Shown in pieces: positions 18,404 to 27,200 of a stretch of DNA of 64,000 nt (the stretch's first letter is position 1; the number at the start of each line of letters is the position of its first letter). The notes beneath the pieces were generated by a model. The model saw only the letters and a program-made list of their open reading frames with translations. It searched no databases and had not been told where the DNA came from. A program made the position numbers and the translations under genes. The stretch lies in NCBI GenBank assembly GCA_937982505.1, contig CALJLV010000065.1, forward strand, positions 75 to 64,074. The letters are read 5' to 3'. The DNA comes from an uncultured Desulfobacteraceae bacterium. Lineage in GTDB: Bacteria; Desulfobacterota; Desulfobacteria; Desulfobacterales; UBA2174.

Positions 18404-21400
18404 ATGGCAACCGATCCTGCAGCGCCGCCCGTCCGCCGCCGAACGATCCAGTGGATCCTGATCGCCGTTGCCGCCGGAGTGGCAACCTACACGGTTATCG
18501 GTTTTTGGGGGGTACCCTGGGTCCTTGAATCCTACGGGGCCCGCCGCCTGGGCGAGGCCCTGCAGCGGCCGGTAAAGATCGATAAAGCGGCCTTCAACCC
18601 CTACGCCTTCACCCTGCGCATCCAGGGCCTGGCCATCGACGAACCGGACGGACAGCCCCTGGTCCGGCTCCAGGAACTGTTCACCGACCTGGCCCTGACC
18701 GATTCCCTCGGCGGGGTGCCCACCGTGGCGCGCCTGGATCTGGTGGGCCCCGAGATCCATCTGACCCGCCTGGCCGACGGCCGCATCAACCTGGCCCTCC
18801 TGGGGCCCGCCGCGACCGACGAGCCCGGCGCGAATAAGGCGCCGGGTGCGGCGCCCAAATTCAAATTGACGGCGTTCACCCTGGACCAGGGACGGGTCGT
18901 TTTCCGCGACGAGACCGCGGGTGGATTCCAGACCACGCTCAGCCCTGTCACCGCCGCGCTGTCCAACCTGACCACCGAACCGGGGCAGCAGGCCGCCTGC
19001 ACCCTCTCCCTGGTCACCGAGGCCGGCGAGAAGCTGGCGCTGGACGGGCGCCTGACCCTGGCCGAACTGGCCCTGGAGGGCCGGCTGGCCCTCTCGGGGA
19101 TCTCCCTGGCCAAGTACGCGCCCTACTATCGCGGTTACGTGGGCTTCGAAAAGGCCGGAGGCCGGCTGGACGTGGACCTGGCCTACCGTCACGACCAGGG
19201 GCAGACCCGGATCGACCCTCTTTCGGCCACTCTGTCGGATTTGGCCCTGGACGATCCGCGGACCGCCGAGACCCTGGCGGGCTTGGCGCGGCTGAAGATC
19301 GACGGCGCCCGGATGGACAGCGCCACGCGCCAGGTGACGGTGGACCAGGTGGACATCCAGGGATTGGCCGCCACCGCCCGGCGCGACGCCCAGGGACGCA
19401 TCGACCTGGCGGCGCTCCTGGCGCCGCCCCCTGACGGCCGCCCAACCTCCGCACCCGAAGCGGCCGTTGCGGCCCCCGAAACGCCGGCTCCGGTTCCGCC
19501 GGCCGGCGAAGGGCCAGCCGCGCCGGTCCAGAGTCCCGCCTGGAAAATCTCGGTAGCCCGGGTCACCCTGGCGGCCGGTCCCCTGGAATTCCAGGACGCC
19601 GCTGGAAAGGAGCCGGCCCGGGCGGTCCTGGAAACCCTGAACGCCACCCTCGGGCCCATCGACGCCGGGTCCCAGGGGGTCCGGATCGCCGATCTGGGCG
19701 TCGAGATCCGCAACCTGGTAGTCGCGGATCCCGCCGGCGAGCGCCGCTGGGTGGCCATTCCGCGGCTGGCCCTGAAAGACACCTCCGTGGACACCGCCCA
19801 GGGCCAGGTTCAGGCCGGACGGCTGGAAATCGACGGCACTCGCATCCAGGCCCGCCGCCTGGCCGACGGGCGCCTTGACCTGGCCGGCCTCTTCACCCCG
19901 CCGGCATCTAAAGACGGCCCAGCGCCGGCCGACGCCGGCGGCGGCCCGGCCTGGGTCGTTTCCCTGGCCACCCTGGCCCTGGCCGATCACGGACTGCGTT
20001 TCGAGGACCAGGTCCCGAAACCCGCCGCGGTCCTCACCCTGGAGGAACTGGCCCTGCAGGTGGACGGGCTGACCACCGCGGCCGATGCGGCCCCCCGGAT
20101 CGAACTGACCGGCCGGGTCAACCAGAAGGGCGCTCTTTCCCTGAGCGGGACCGCCACCCTCTCCCCCCTTTCGGCGGAACTGGCCGTCAAACTCCAGGAT
20201 CTGGCCATCGAACCCTTTCAGCCCTATTTCCAGGATCAAGTGCAGATGACGGTCCGGCAAGGACAGATCGGCGCCGACGGCCGTCTCAGCCTGGCCCTGC
20301 CCCCCGACGGCCCGCCCCGGATCCGCTACCGCGGCAAGGCCTCGGTGGCGCGTTTGGCCGCCGTGGACCGGCGCCAGAAGCGCGAGTTCCTGCGCTGGAA
20401 GCACCTCTTCGTGGAAGGGGTCGATATTCGCACCGAACCGATGCAGATCCAGGTGGGCCGGGTAGCCTTGAGCGACTACTACGCCCGGGTGATCATCGGG
20501 CCCGACGGGTCCCTCAACCTCGCCGAAGCCTTCCGTGGGCAGGACCCGGCCCCTCAGAAGGCGCCGGCGGCCAAGGCCGCCAAGTCGCCCCCCGTGCCTG
20601 TCAGGGTGGATGAGGTCACCCTCCAGGGGGGCCAGGTCGATTTTTCCGATCTTCTCACCAAGCCCAACTTCGAAACCCGCATGGTCAAGCTGGGAGGCCG
20701 GATTTCAGGGCTCTCCTCCCAGGCCTCCCGGCATGCCGCGGTCCTGATCCAGGGAGCCCTGGAAAACCAGAGCCCCCTGGAGATCTCCGGGCGCATCAAC
20801 CCCCTGGCCCAGGAGATCTACACCGACCTGAAGCTGACCTTCCGCAACATCGAGCTGAGCCCCTTCTCGCCGTACTCGGGCAAGTACATCGGCTACACCC
20901 TGGCCAAGGGGAAGCTGACCCTGGAGCTGGACTACCGAATCGCCGAACGGAAACTCCAGGCCCAGAACCGGATCTTCTTCGACGCCTTGACCCTGGGCGA
21001 ACCGGTGGAGAGCCCCGACGCCACCAGCCTGCCGGTCAAGCTGGCCCTGGCGTTGCTCACCGACCGTCAGGGGCGCATCGAACTGGACGTGCCGGTCCAG
21101 GGGAATCTGGACGACCCCGAGTTTTCCATCATCGGCCTGGTGGGCAAGGCCCTGGTCAACCTTTTGACCAAGATCGTCACCGCGCCCTTCGACGCACTGG
21201 CCTCCCTGTTCAGCGGCCAGATGGTGACCCGCGTGGGCTTCGAACCGGCCAGCGCGGAACTGAGCCCGGAGACCCGCCAAGAGGTGGCCCGGCTGGCCGA
21301 CGTGCTCTATGACCGGCCCGCCCTGCGGCTGGAGATCGAGGGGACCGCCGACCTTGGCAGTGACGAGCCGTCCATGCGCCAGGCGCGCTTCGACGAGCTG

Positions 21401-21778
21401 CTGCAGGCCGCCAAACATGCCGCCCTCCTGACCGCCGGGCAGGCCCCCGGGCCCGTGGACCAGATCCGGGTCTTTCCCGAGGAAAAAGCGCTCTACGTGG
21501 CCCAGGCCTACGCGGTGGCGGATTTCCCCAAACCCCGGGACGAGGCCGGCAAGGAAAAGATCCTGCCCCCCGAGGAGATAGAAAAGCTGCTCTACACCCA
21601 GACCCAGGTGGATGAAAACGACCTGCGCCGCCTGGCCAGCGACCGGGCCGCGGCGGTGCGCGACCTGCTGCTGGCCGACGAACGGCTGATGGCCGAACGG
21701 ATTTTCACGGTTCAGCCCCGGGTGGAAAAGGCCGAGAGCACCGAGGCGGCCCGCCAGGTGCACTTCAACCTGAAGTGA
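18404..21778 (+). CDS. Very large envelope protein, AsmA-like / DUF748 family (1124 aa)
   Basis: N-terminal TM anchor (WILIAVAAGVATYTVIGFWGV). Long repetitive beta-rich body with recurring '...L.L..G.I.F.D......' modules. C-terminal region resembles DUF748 proteins as I recall them. The family name is from memory, not a search. Confidence 0.5.
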   Translation: MATDPAAPPVRRRTIQWILIAVAAGVATYTVIGFWGVPWVLESYGARRLGEALQRPVKIDKAAFNPYAFTLRIQGLAIDEPDGQPLVRLQELFTDLALTDSLGGVPTVARLDLVGPEIHLTRLADGRINLALLGPAATDEPGANKAPGAAPKFKLTAFTLDQGRVVFRDETAGGFQTTLSPVTAALSNLTTEPGQQAACTLSLVTEAGEKLALDGRLTLAELALEGRLALSGISLAKYAPYYRGYVGFEKAGGRLDVDLAYRHDQGQTRIDPLSATLSDLALDDPRTAETLAGLARLKIDGARMDSATRQVTVDQVDIQGLAATARRDAQGRIDLAALLAPPPDGRPTSAPEAAVAAPETPAPVPPAGEGPAAPVQSPAWKISVARVTLAAGPLEFQDAAGKEPARAVLETLNATLGPIDAGSQGVRIADLGVEIRNLVVADPAGERRWVAIPRLALKDTSVDTAQGQVQAGRLEIDGTRIQARRLADGRLDLAGLFTPPASKDGPAPADAGGGPAWVVSLATLALADHGLRFEDQVPKPAAVLTLEELALQVDGLTTAADAAPRIELTGRVNQKGALSLSGTATLSPLSAELAVKLQDLAIEPFQPYFQDQVQMTVRQGQIGADGRLSLALPPDGPPRIRYRGKASVARLAAVDRRQKREFLRWKHLFVEGVDIRTEPMQIQVGRVALSDYYARVIIGPDGSLNLAEAFRGQDPAPQKAPAAKAAKSPPVPVRVDEVTLQGGQVDFSDLLTKPNFETRMVKLGGRISGLSSQASRHAAVLIQGALENQSPLEISGRINPLAQEIYTDLKLTFRNIELSPFSPYSGKYIGYTLAKGKLTLELDYRIAERKLQAQNRIFFDALTLGEPVESPDATSLPVKLALALLTDRQGRIELDVPVQGNLDDPEFSIIGLVGKALVNLLTKIVTAPFDALASLFSGQMVTRVGFEPASAELSPETRQEVARLADVLYDRPALRLEIEGTADLGSDEPSMRQARFDELLQAAKHAALLTAGQAPGPVDQIRVFPEEKALYVAQAYAVADFPKPRDEAGKEKILPPEEIEKLLYTQTQVDENDLRRLASDRAAAVRDLLLADERLMAERIFTVQPRVEKAESTEAARQVHFNLK

Positions 21779-21785
21779 TCCGCCC

Positions 21786-21812
21786 TTGACACCCGGGGGA
21801 GGCGGATATTAT
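21786..21812 (+). promoter_or_regulatory. Candidate sigma-70 promoter upstream of the zinc-ribbon/feo cluster (TTGACA-15-TATTAT)
   Basis: TTGACA 21786-21791 and TATTAT 21807-21812. The 15-nt spacer is short, so confidence is low. Confidence 0.3.
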
Positions 21813-21881
21813 GGATACTTCTTTTTTCCTGCCCGCGATCGAAGCGGCAGGCGCCACGAGCGATACCAAGGAGCCGCCCCC

Positions 21882-22121
21882 ATGCCCATCTATGAATTTC
21901 GCTGCCTGGATTGCAACCGGTTCTTCGAGGTGCTGGTGGTCTCCAGTGCCCAGGACGATCCGGTCACCTGCCCTCACTGTCACCAGTCCCATTTCGAGCG
22001 GATCATGAGCACCACCTCCCACCAGATCCGCCCCTCGGGGGGCACCGGCACGCCTGCTGTCCAGAACCGGACCTGCTCGACCGGCTCTTGCGCCACCATC
22101 ACCCTGCCCGGGCCGGATTGA
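21882..22121 (+). CDS. FmdB-family zinc-ribbon protein (CxxC...CxxC)
   Basis: 79 aa from ATG 21882, with AAGGAG 8 nt upstream. MPIYEFRCLDCNRFFEVL...VTCPHCHQ is the FmdB/CxxC_CxxC_SSSS signature, followed by a Cys/Gly/Ser/Thr-rich tail. Confidence 0.7.
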   Translation: MPIYEFRCLDCNRFFEVLVVSSAQDDPVTCPHCHQSHFERIMSTTSHQIRPSGGTGTPAVQNRTCSTGSCATITLPGPD

Positions 22122-22168
22122 CAGGCCCGGTGACGGGGCTTAGGTTGGTGGCTCGGGAGCAGGCGGGT

Positions 22169-22891
22169 ATGAAGACACTGCACACGCAAGAGATCGAACA
22201 GATCCAGAAGCTTTTCAGCCAGGAAGGCATCGACCGTTTCGAGGATCGTCTCGTGGTGATGGATGCTTTTCTGCAGACCGACAGCCACATCACGGCCGGC
22301 GAACTGCATCAGCACCTGATGGAACGGGGGGTTTCGCTGGAGCCCGACTTCGTTCGCGAGACCCTCAAGCTCATGGGCCGATTCGGGTTCGCCCAGAGCA
22401 ACCGGTTCGGCAACGGCGCGGTGCGCTACGAGCACCTTCACCTGGGCCATCATCACGACCACATGGTGTGCACCAAGTGCCGGCGCATCTTCGAGTTCAA
22501 AAACGAACAGATCGAGGCGCTGCAGCTGCAAATCGCCCAGGAGCACGGCTTCCACCTGCTACAGCACCGCATGGAACTCTACGGCATCTGCCGCGGCTGT
22601 CTCGACGAGCCGGTGGACCGGATGCCCCTGGTGGCCGCGCGCCCCGGAGAACGGCTGATCATCCAGGAGTTTGGCGGCGGCTCGCGGGCCCGGATGCGGC
22701 TGATGAGCATGGGGCTGCGGCCCGGTGACCGCATCGAGGTCATCACGAGCCTCCAGGAGGGGCAGATCGCCATCGCCGCCGGAAACCGCCGTTTCGTCCT
22801 GGGACGCGGGCTGGCTCAGAAAATCCGGGTTCAGCCCGACCGCGAGGGACCCGGCTGGGTGCTGAGCCACAACGCCGACGAAGAGATCTGA
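22169..22891 (+). CDS. Fur-family metalloregulator fused to a C-terminal FeoA (SH3-like) domain
   Basis: 240 aa from ATG 22169. Fur part: winged-helix region, HLHLGHHHDHMVCTKCRRIFEF and LYGICRGC. FeoA part: PLVAARPGERLIIQEFGGGSRARMRLMSMGLRPGDRIEVI... Confidence 0.75.
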   Translation: MKTLHTQEIEQIQKLFSQEGIDRFEDRLVVMDAFLQTDSHITAGELHQHLMERGVSLEPDFVRETLKLMGRFGFAQSNRFGNGAVRYEHLHLGHHHDHMVCTKCRRIFEFKNEQIEALQLQIAQEHGFHLLQHRMELYGICRGCLDEPVDRMPLVAARPGERLIIQEFGGGSRARMRLMSMGLRPGDRIEVITSLQEGQIAIAAGNRRFVLGRGLAQKIRVQPDREGPGWVLSHNADEEI

Positions 22892-22928
22892 AGAATGAAA
22901 CGGTCCGCCGCCGGGCGGGCTGACGGGA

Positions 22929-23162
22929 GTGCCGGTGAATCTGAGCGAACTCAAAGAGGGCCAGCGGGCCACCATCGTGCGGGTCGGGGGCAGCGGCGCG
23001 CTGCGCCGGCGGCTGCTGGAAATGGGCCTGCGCAGCGGGGCGCAGATTCGGGTGGAAAAATACGCCCCCTTGCGCGACCCCCTGGAACTGGTGACCGGCG
23101 GCTGCCACGTCTCGCTGCGGGTGGAAGAAGCGGCCCAGATCGCGGTGGACCATGTCGGCTGA
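22929..23162 (+). CDS. feoA: Ferrous iron transport protein A
   Basis: 77 aa, GTG start. LSELKEGQRATIVRVGG...RRRLLEMGLRSGAQIRV is the FeoA signature. Overlaps the feoB start by 11 nt. Confidence 0.85.
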   Translation: MPVNLSELKEGQRATIVRVGGSGALRRRLLEMGLRSGAQIRVEKYAPLRDPLELVTGGCHVSLRVEEAAQIAVDHVG

Positions 23163-25353
23163 TGCGGATGCCAGAACCCGCCCCAGACGGCTGACCATCG
23201 CCCTGGCCGGCAACCCCAACTCGGGCAAGACCACCATCTTCAACGCCATCACCGGCACCCGCCAGAAAGTGGGCAACTGGCCCGGGGTGACGGTGGAAAA
23301 AAAGGAAGGCCAGATCGAGGGCTTCGGCTACGATCTGCGCATCGTCGATCTGCCGGGCACCTACAGCCTGACCCCCTTTTCCATCGAAGAGATCGTGGCC
23401 CGGGATTTCGTGCTCGATGGCCGCCCGGACGTGGTCATCGACATCATCGATGCCTCCAATCTGGAACGCAGCCTTTACCTGGCCACTCAGCTGCGCGAAA
23501 TCGACTGCAAAGTCCTCTTCGCCCTGAACATGGCCGACCTGGCCCGCAGCCGCGGGCTGAAGATCGATGCGGTCAAACTGGGCGAACTGCTCGACCTGCC
23601 GGTGGTCTTCACCGTGGGCAACCGCCATGAGGGCATCGACGAACTGCTGCGCCAGGCCATCGCCCTGGCCGAAACCGGCACCCTGCCGCCCCAGAAGCGC
23701 CGGGTCCGCTACACCCAGGACATCGAAGGCGCCATCGCCCAGTTGCGCGCCTTCCTGGACACCCGGGGAGGCGATGCCCTGGGCTACAACCCGCGCTGGG
23801 CTGCCATCAAGCTCCTGGAAGACGACCAGATCATCAAACAGCGGCTGACCGAGCGCGCCGGCGAGGCCGCCGCCGGGGTGCTCGAGGAGGCCCGGCGCCT
23901 GCGCCGCCAGCTGGCGGACCGCTATGACGACGAACCGGAAATCGTCATGACCGACGAGCGCTACGGGTTCATCGCCGGGATCGTGCGTGAGGTGCAAACC
24001 GCCACCACCCGTCAGCGGGTGGACATGTCGCGCAACATCGACCTGATTTTAACCAACCGGTTTCTCGGATTTCCCATCTTCGTCTTCTTCATCTGGGCCA
24101 TGTTCCAGCTGACCTTCGCTCTGGGCGCCTACCCCATGGGATGGATCGAGGCCGGCGTGGAGCAGATCGGTCGGGTCCTGGACCTCTGGCTGGCCCCCTC
24201 CCTGCTGCGCGACCTGATCATCGACGGGGTCGTCTCCGGGGTGGGCAGCGTGGTGGTCTTCCTGCCCAACATCTTGATTCTTTTCTTTTGCATCGCCCTG
24301 TTCGAGGACACCGGCTACATGGCCCGGGCCGCCTTTCTGATGGACCGCATCATGCACCTGATCGGACTCCACGGCAAATCCTTCATCCCCATGCTCATGG
24401 GCTTCGGCTGCAACGTGCCCGCCGTGATGGCCGCCCGCAGCCTGGAAAGTGAAAAGGACCGCGTCCTGACCATCCTGGTGACCCCCTTCATGAGCTGCTC
24501 GGCCCGACTGCCGGTCTACCTGGTGCTGGCCGGCACCTTCTTTGCCGCCCAGGCCGGAACCGTGATCTTCGTCATCTACCTGCTGGGAATCGTCATCGGC
24601 ATGCTGTCGGGCCGACTGTTCCGCAAAACCCTGCTCCGGGGCCAGGACGCCCCCTTCGTCATGGAACTGCCCCCCTACCGGGTCCCCATGGCCAAGAGTC
24701 TGGTCATCCACATGTGGGACCGCAGCAAGATGTTTCTCAGGAAGATGGGCGGCGTGATCCTGGTGGGATCGGTGATCGTCTGGGCCCTGAGCGCCTTCCC
24801 CCGCCAGGTGCCCTACCACAGCGATTACAGCGCCCTGGAGCGGGCCGTGGCCGAACACTACCAGTCGCGCATGGCCGGCGCCACCGGCACCGAGCACCCT
24901 CTGCTGGCCGCCGAACGCGACGGCGCCCTGGAGGATCTGCGCCGCCAGAAGCGGGCCGAACACACCCGGCTGAGCTACCTGGGACGGATCGGCCAATTCA
25001 TCGAACCGGTGTTCCGGCCCATGGGGATCGACTGGCGCGGCGGGGTGGCCCTGCTCAGCGGGGTGGTGGCCAAGGAGATCGTGGTGAGCACCATGGGCGT
25101 GCTCTACGGTGCGGACAGCGACGACCAGAACGCTTTGGGCAAGGCTCTCGGCGCCGCCGGCATGACGCCCCTGGCCGCCGCGGCCATGATGGTCTTCGTG
25201 CTGCTTTACGTGCCGTGTCTGGCCACCGTGGCAGCGGTACGACGCGAGGCCGGCAACGGCTGGATGGCCTTTTCGGTCCTTTACAGCACAGTCCTGGCGT
25301 GGGTGGCGGCCGTGGCGGTCTACCAGGGAGGCCGGTTGATGGGACTGGGCTGA
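23152..25353 (+). CDS. feoB: Ferrous iron transport protein B
   Basis: 733 aa. N-terminal G domain GNPNSGKTTIFN ... DLPGTYSL ... NMAD, followed by a polytopic membrane domain. Confidence 0.95.
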   Translation: MSADADARTRPRRLTIALAGNPNSGKTTIFNAITGTRQKVGNWPGVTVEKKEGQIEGFGYDLRIVDLPGTYSLTPFSIEEIVARDFVLDGRPDVVIDIIDASNLERSLYLATQLREIDCKVLFALNMADLARSRGLKIDAVKLGELLDLPVVFTVGNRHEGIDELLRQAIALAETGTLPPQKRRVRYTQDIEGAIAQLRAFLDTRGGDALGYNPRWAAIKLLEDDQIIKQRLTERAGEAAAGVLEEARRLRRQLADRYDDEPEIVMTDERYGFIAGIVREVQTATTRQRVDMSRNIDLILTNRFLGFPIFVFFIWAMFQLTFALGAYPMGWIEAGVEQIGRVLDLWLAPSLLRDLIIDGVVSGVGSVVVFLPNILILFFCIALFEDTGYMARAAFLMDRIMHLIGLHGKSFIPMLMGFGCNVPAVMAARSLESEKDRVLTILVTPFMSCSARLPVYLVLAGTFFAAQAGTVIFVIYLLGIVIGMLSGRLFRKTLLRGQDAPFVMELPPYRVPMAKSLVIHMWDRSKMFLRKMGGVILVGSVIVWALSAFPRQVPYHSDYSALERAVAEHYQSRMAGATGTEHPLLAAERDGALEDLRRQKRAEHTRLSYLGRIGQFIEPVFRPMGIDWRGGVALLSGVVAKEIVVSTMGVLYGADSDDQNALGKALGAAGMTPLAAAAMMVFVLLYVPCLATVAAVRREAGNGWMAFSVLYSTVLAWVAAVAVYQGGRLMGLG

Positions 25354-25401
25354 AATGCTAACCTGGGGCTGCATCCACGACGAAACAGAAAGGGGGAAAC
25401 C

Positions 25402-26028
25402 ATGGCCATCGACCCGTTGACCCAGATCCGCTGGCTCGGACACGACGGTTTCGCCGTCACGGGAACGGACCGGACCCTGGTCTTCGACCCATACCAGATC
25501 CGGGACCCGGCGGCCGCCGACCTGGTTCTGGTCACCCACCCCCACTATGACCACTGTTCGCCGGCGGACATCGACCGGGTGCGCCGGGCCGAGACCGTCA
25601 TCGTCACCGAGGCCGAATCGGCCGGCAAGCTCCAGGGAGACGTACGGGTCATGGCCCCCGGTGACCGGATTCAGGTGGGACCGGTGGTGATCGAGGCGGT
25701 GCCGGCCTACAATCTGGACAAGAAGTTTCATCCCCGGGCCAGGAACTGGCTCGGGTTCGTCGTCACGCTGGATGGAACCCGCATCTACCATGCCGGCGAC
25801 ACCGATCTGATTCCTGAAATGGCGGAAATCAAGTGCGACATCGCCCTGCTGCCGGTATCGGGCACCTACGTGATGACCGCCGACGAGGCCATCGAGGCGG
25901 TCCGGCGCATCCGGCCGCGGGTGGCCATCCCCATGCACTACGACACTCTGGTGGGCACCCGGGCGGACGCCGACAGGTTCAAAGAGGCCCTGGCCGGCTT
26001 CTGCCAGGTGGTGGTCCCCACCCGATGA
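25402..26028 (+). CDS. MBL-fold metal-dependent hydrolase
   Basis: 208 aa. THPHYDHC (HxHxDH) motif and ...YHAGDT. Confidence 0.8.
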   Translation: MAIDPLTQIRWLGHDGFAVTGTDRTLVFDPYQIRDPAAADLVLVTHPHYDHCSPADIDRVRRAETVIVTEAESAGKLQGDVRVMAPGDRIQVGPVVIEAVPAYNLDKKFHPRARNWLGFVVTLDGTRIYHAGDTDLIPEMAEIKCDIALLPVSGTYVMTADEAIEAVRRIRPRVAIPMHYDTLVGTRADADRFKEALAGFCQVVVPTR

Positions 26029-26459
26029 AAGGGCGGCGCCTGATCCTGATCCTGCTCTTCTGGGCCGCCGGCAGCGCCGCCGCCTGGGGGGAACGGCTGG
26101 CGGTCAACGCCCCCACCGCCAACATCCGCAGCGGACCGGGCACCGGTCACGGGGTGCTCTGGAAGGTGGAACGCTACTACCCGCTGGAGATCGTCGAGCG
26201 ACGGGGCGAGTGGTACCGCTTTCGCGATTTTGAGAACGACCAGGGCTGGATCCACCGGGATCTGCTGGCCAAGATCGACGCCGTCATCACCGTCAAGGCG
26301 CCCTGCAACGTCCGCAGCGGTCCGGGGACCGATTTTGAGATCGTGTTCCAGGCCGGTGCCGGGGTGCCCTTCAAGGTTCTGGAGCGGCGGGGAGAATGGC
26401 TGCAGGTGGAACATGCCGACGGCGACAAAGGCTGGATCGCCGCCTCGCTGGTGTGGTGA
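26025..26459 (+). CDS. Secreted protein with two bacterial SH3 (SH3b) domains
   Basis: 144 aa from ATG 26025 (ATGA overlap with the MBL stop). Signal peptide MKGRRLILILLFWAAGSAAAW. Two repeats: N(I/V)RSGPGT...(W/F)...RRGEW...GW(I).... Confidence 0.7.
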   Translation: MKGRRLILILLFWAAGSAAAWGERLAVNAPTANIRSGPGTGHGVLWKVERYYPLEIVERRGEWYRFRDFENDQGWIHRDLLAKIDAVITVKAPCNVRSGPGTDFEIVFQAGAGVPFKVLERRGEWLQVEHADGDKGWIAASLVW

Positions 26460-26504
26460 CGGCGATCCTTGACCCAGCACAACCGACCCGAAACCGGAGT
26501 CCCG

Positions 26505-27200
26505 ATGAACCACACGCCCAAGAAGATGACGCGCAAGGAACTGCTCAAGGAGCCGGATCAGTTCATCACATTCAGCGGGCGCCTGATTGCCTTCGGTCAG
26601 CGCTATGGGCGCCAGCTGACCTACGGGGTCGTGGCGCTGCTGGTCGTACTGGCGGGCTACACCGCGGTACGCTACTTCATCGCCCGGGCGGAGCACCGGG
26701 CCTTGGACCTCCTGGACCGATACAGCGCCGAGTACCGCCTGGCCCTGGCCGCCAAAGGTCCCCAGGCCGCCCTGGAGGCGGTGGAAGCCGGACTGGCCTC
26801 GCTGGTGGACGACTACGGCCGCCGCAGCGCCGGCCGCATGGCCAGAATCCGCTACGCGGACCTCTGCTATGCCGCCGGACGCTACGAAAAGGCGTCCGAA
26901 CTGTATACCCAGGCACTGGCGGACCTGGGCCAGGAGCCGTTCTACCGGGCCCTGGTCCTCAACGGTCTTGGGCAGGCCCACTGGCAGCATGGAGACCTGG
27001 ACCGGGCCGTCACCGCTTTCGGCCAGATCGCCGACATCGCCAACGCCCCGCTGCGCGCGCAGGCCCTGTTCGCCATGGCCGACCTGTACACGGCCCTGGG
27101 GCAATCCGAAAAGTCCCAGGATGCCTATCGGCGTCTGGTGGATGAGTTCCCGGACTCCGATCTGGCGCGGGTCGCGCGGCAATTCGCCGGCGGTGTCTAA
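26505..27200 (+). CDS. Membrane-anchored TPR protein (YfgM-like architecture)
   Basis: 231 aa from ATG 26505. N-terminal TM (LTYGVVALLVVLAGYTAV), then TPR-like helices. Its stop overlaps the stop of the convergent response-regulator gene. Confidence 0.6.
   Translation: MNHTPKKMTRKELLKEPDQFITFSGRLIAFGQRYGRQLTYGVVALLVVLAGYTAVRYFIARAEHRALDLLDRYSAEYRLALAAKGPQAALEAVEAGLASLVDDYGRRSAGRMARIRYADLCYAAGRYEKASELYTQALADLGQEPFYRALVLNGLGQAHWQHGDLDRAVTAFGQIADIANAPLRAQALFAMADLYTALGQSEKSQDAYRRLVDEFPDSDLARVARQFAGGV

Noticed and set aside
18326-20404. 692-aa minus-strand ORF inside the DUF748-like gene
   Set aside because: It is antisense to the 1124-aa ORF. It is Gly/Arg/Pro/Gln-rich with no TM segments or motifs, so it is a GC-rich antisense artefact.
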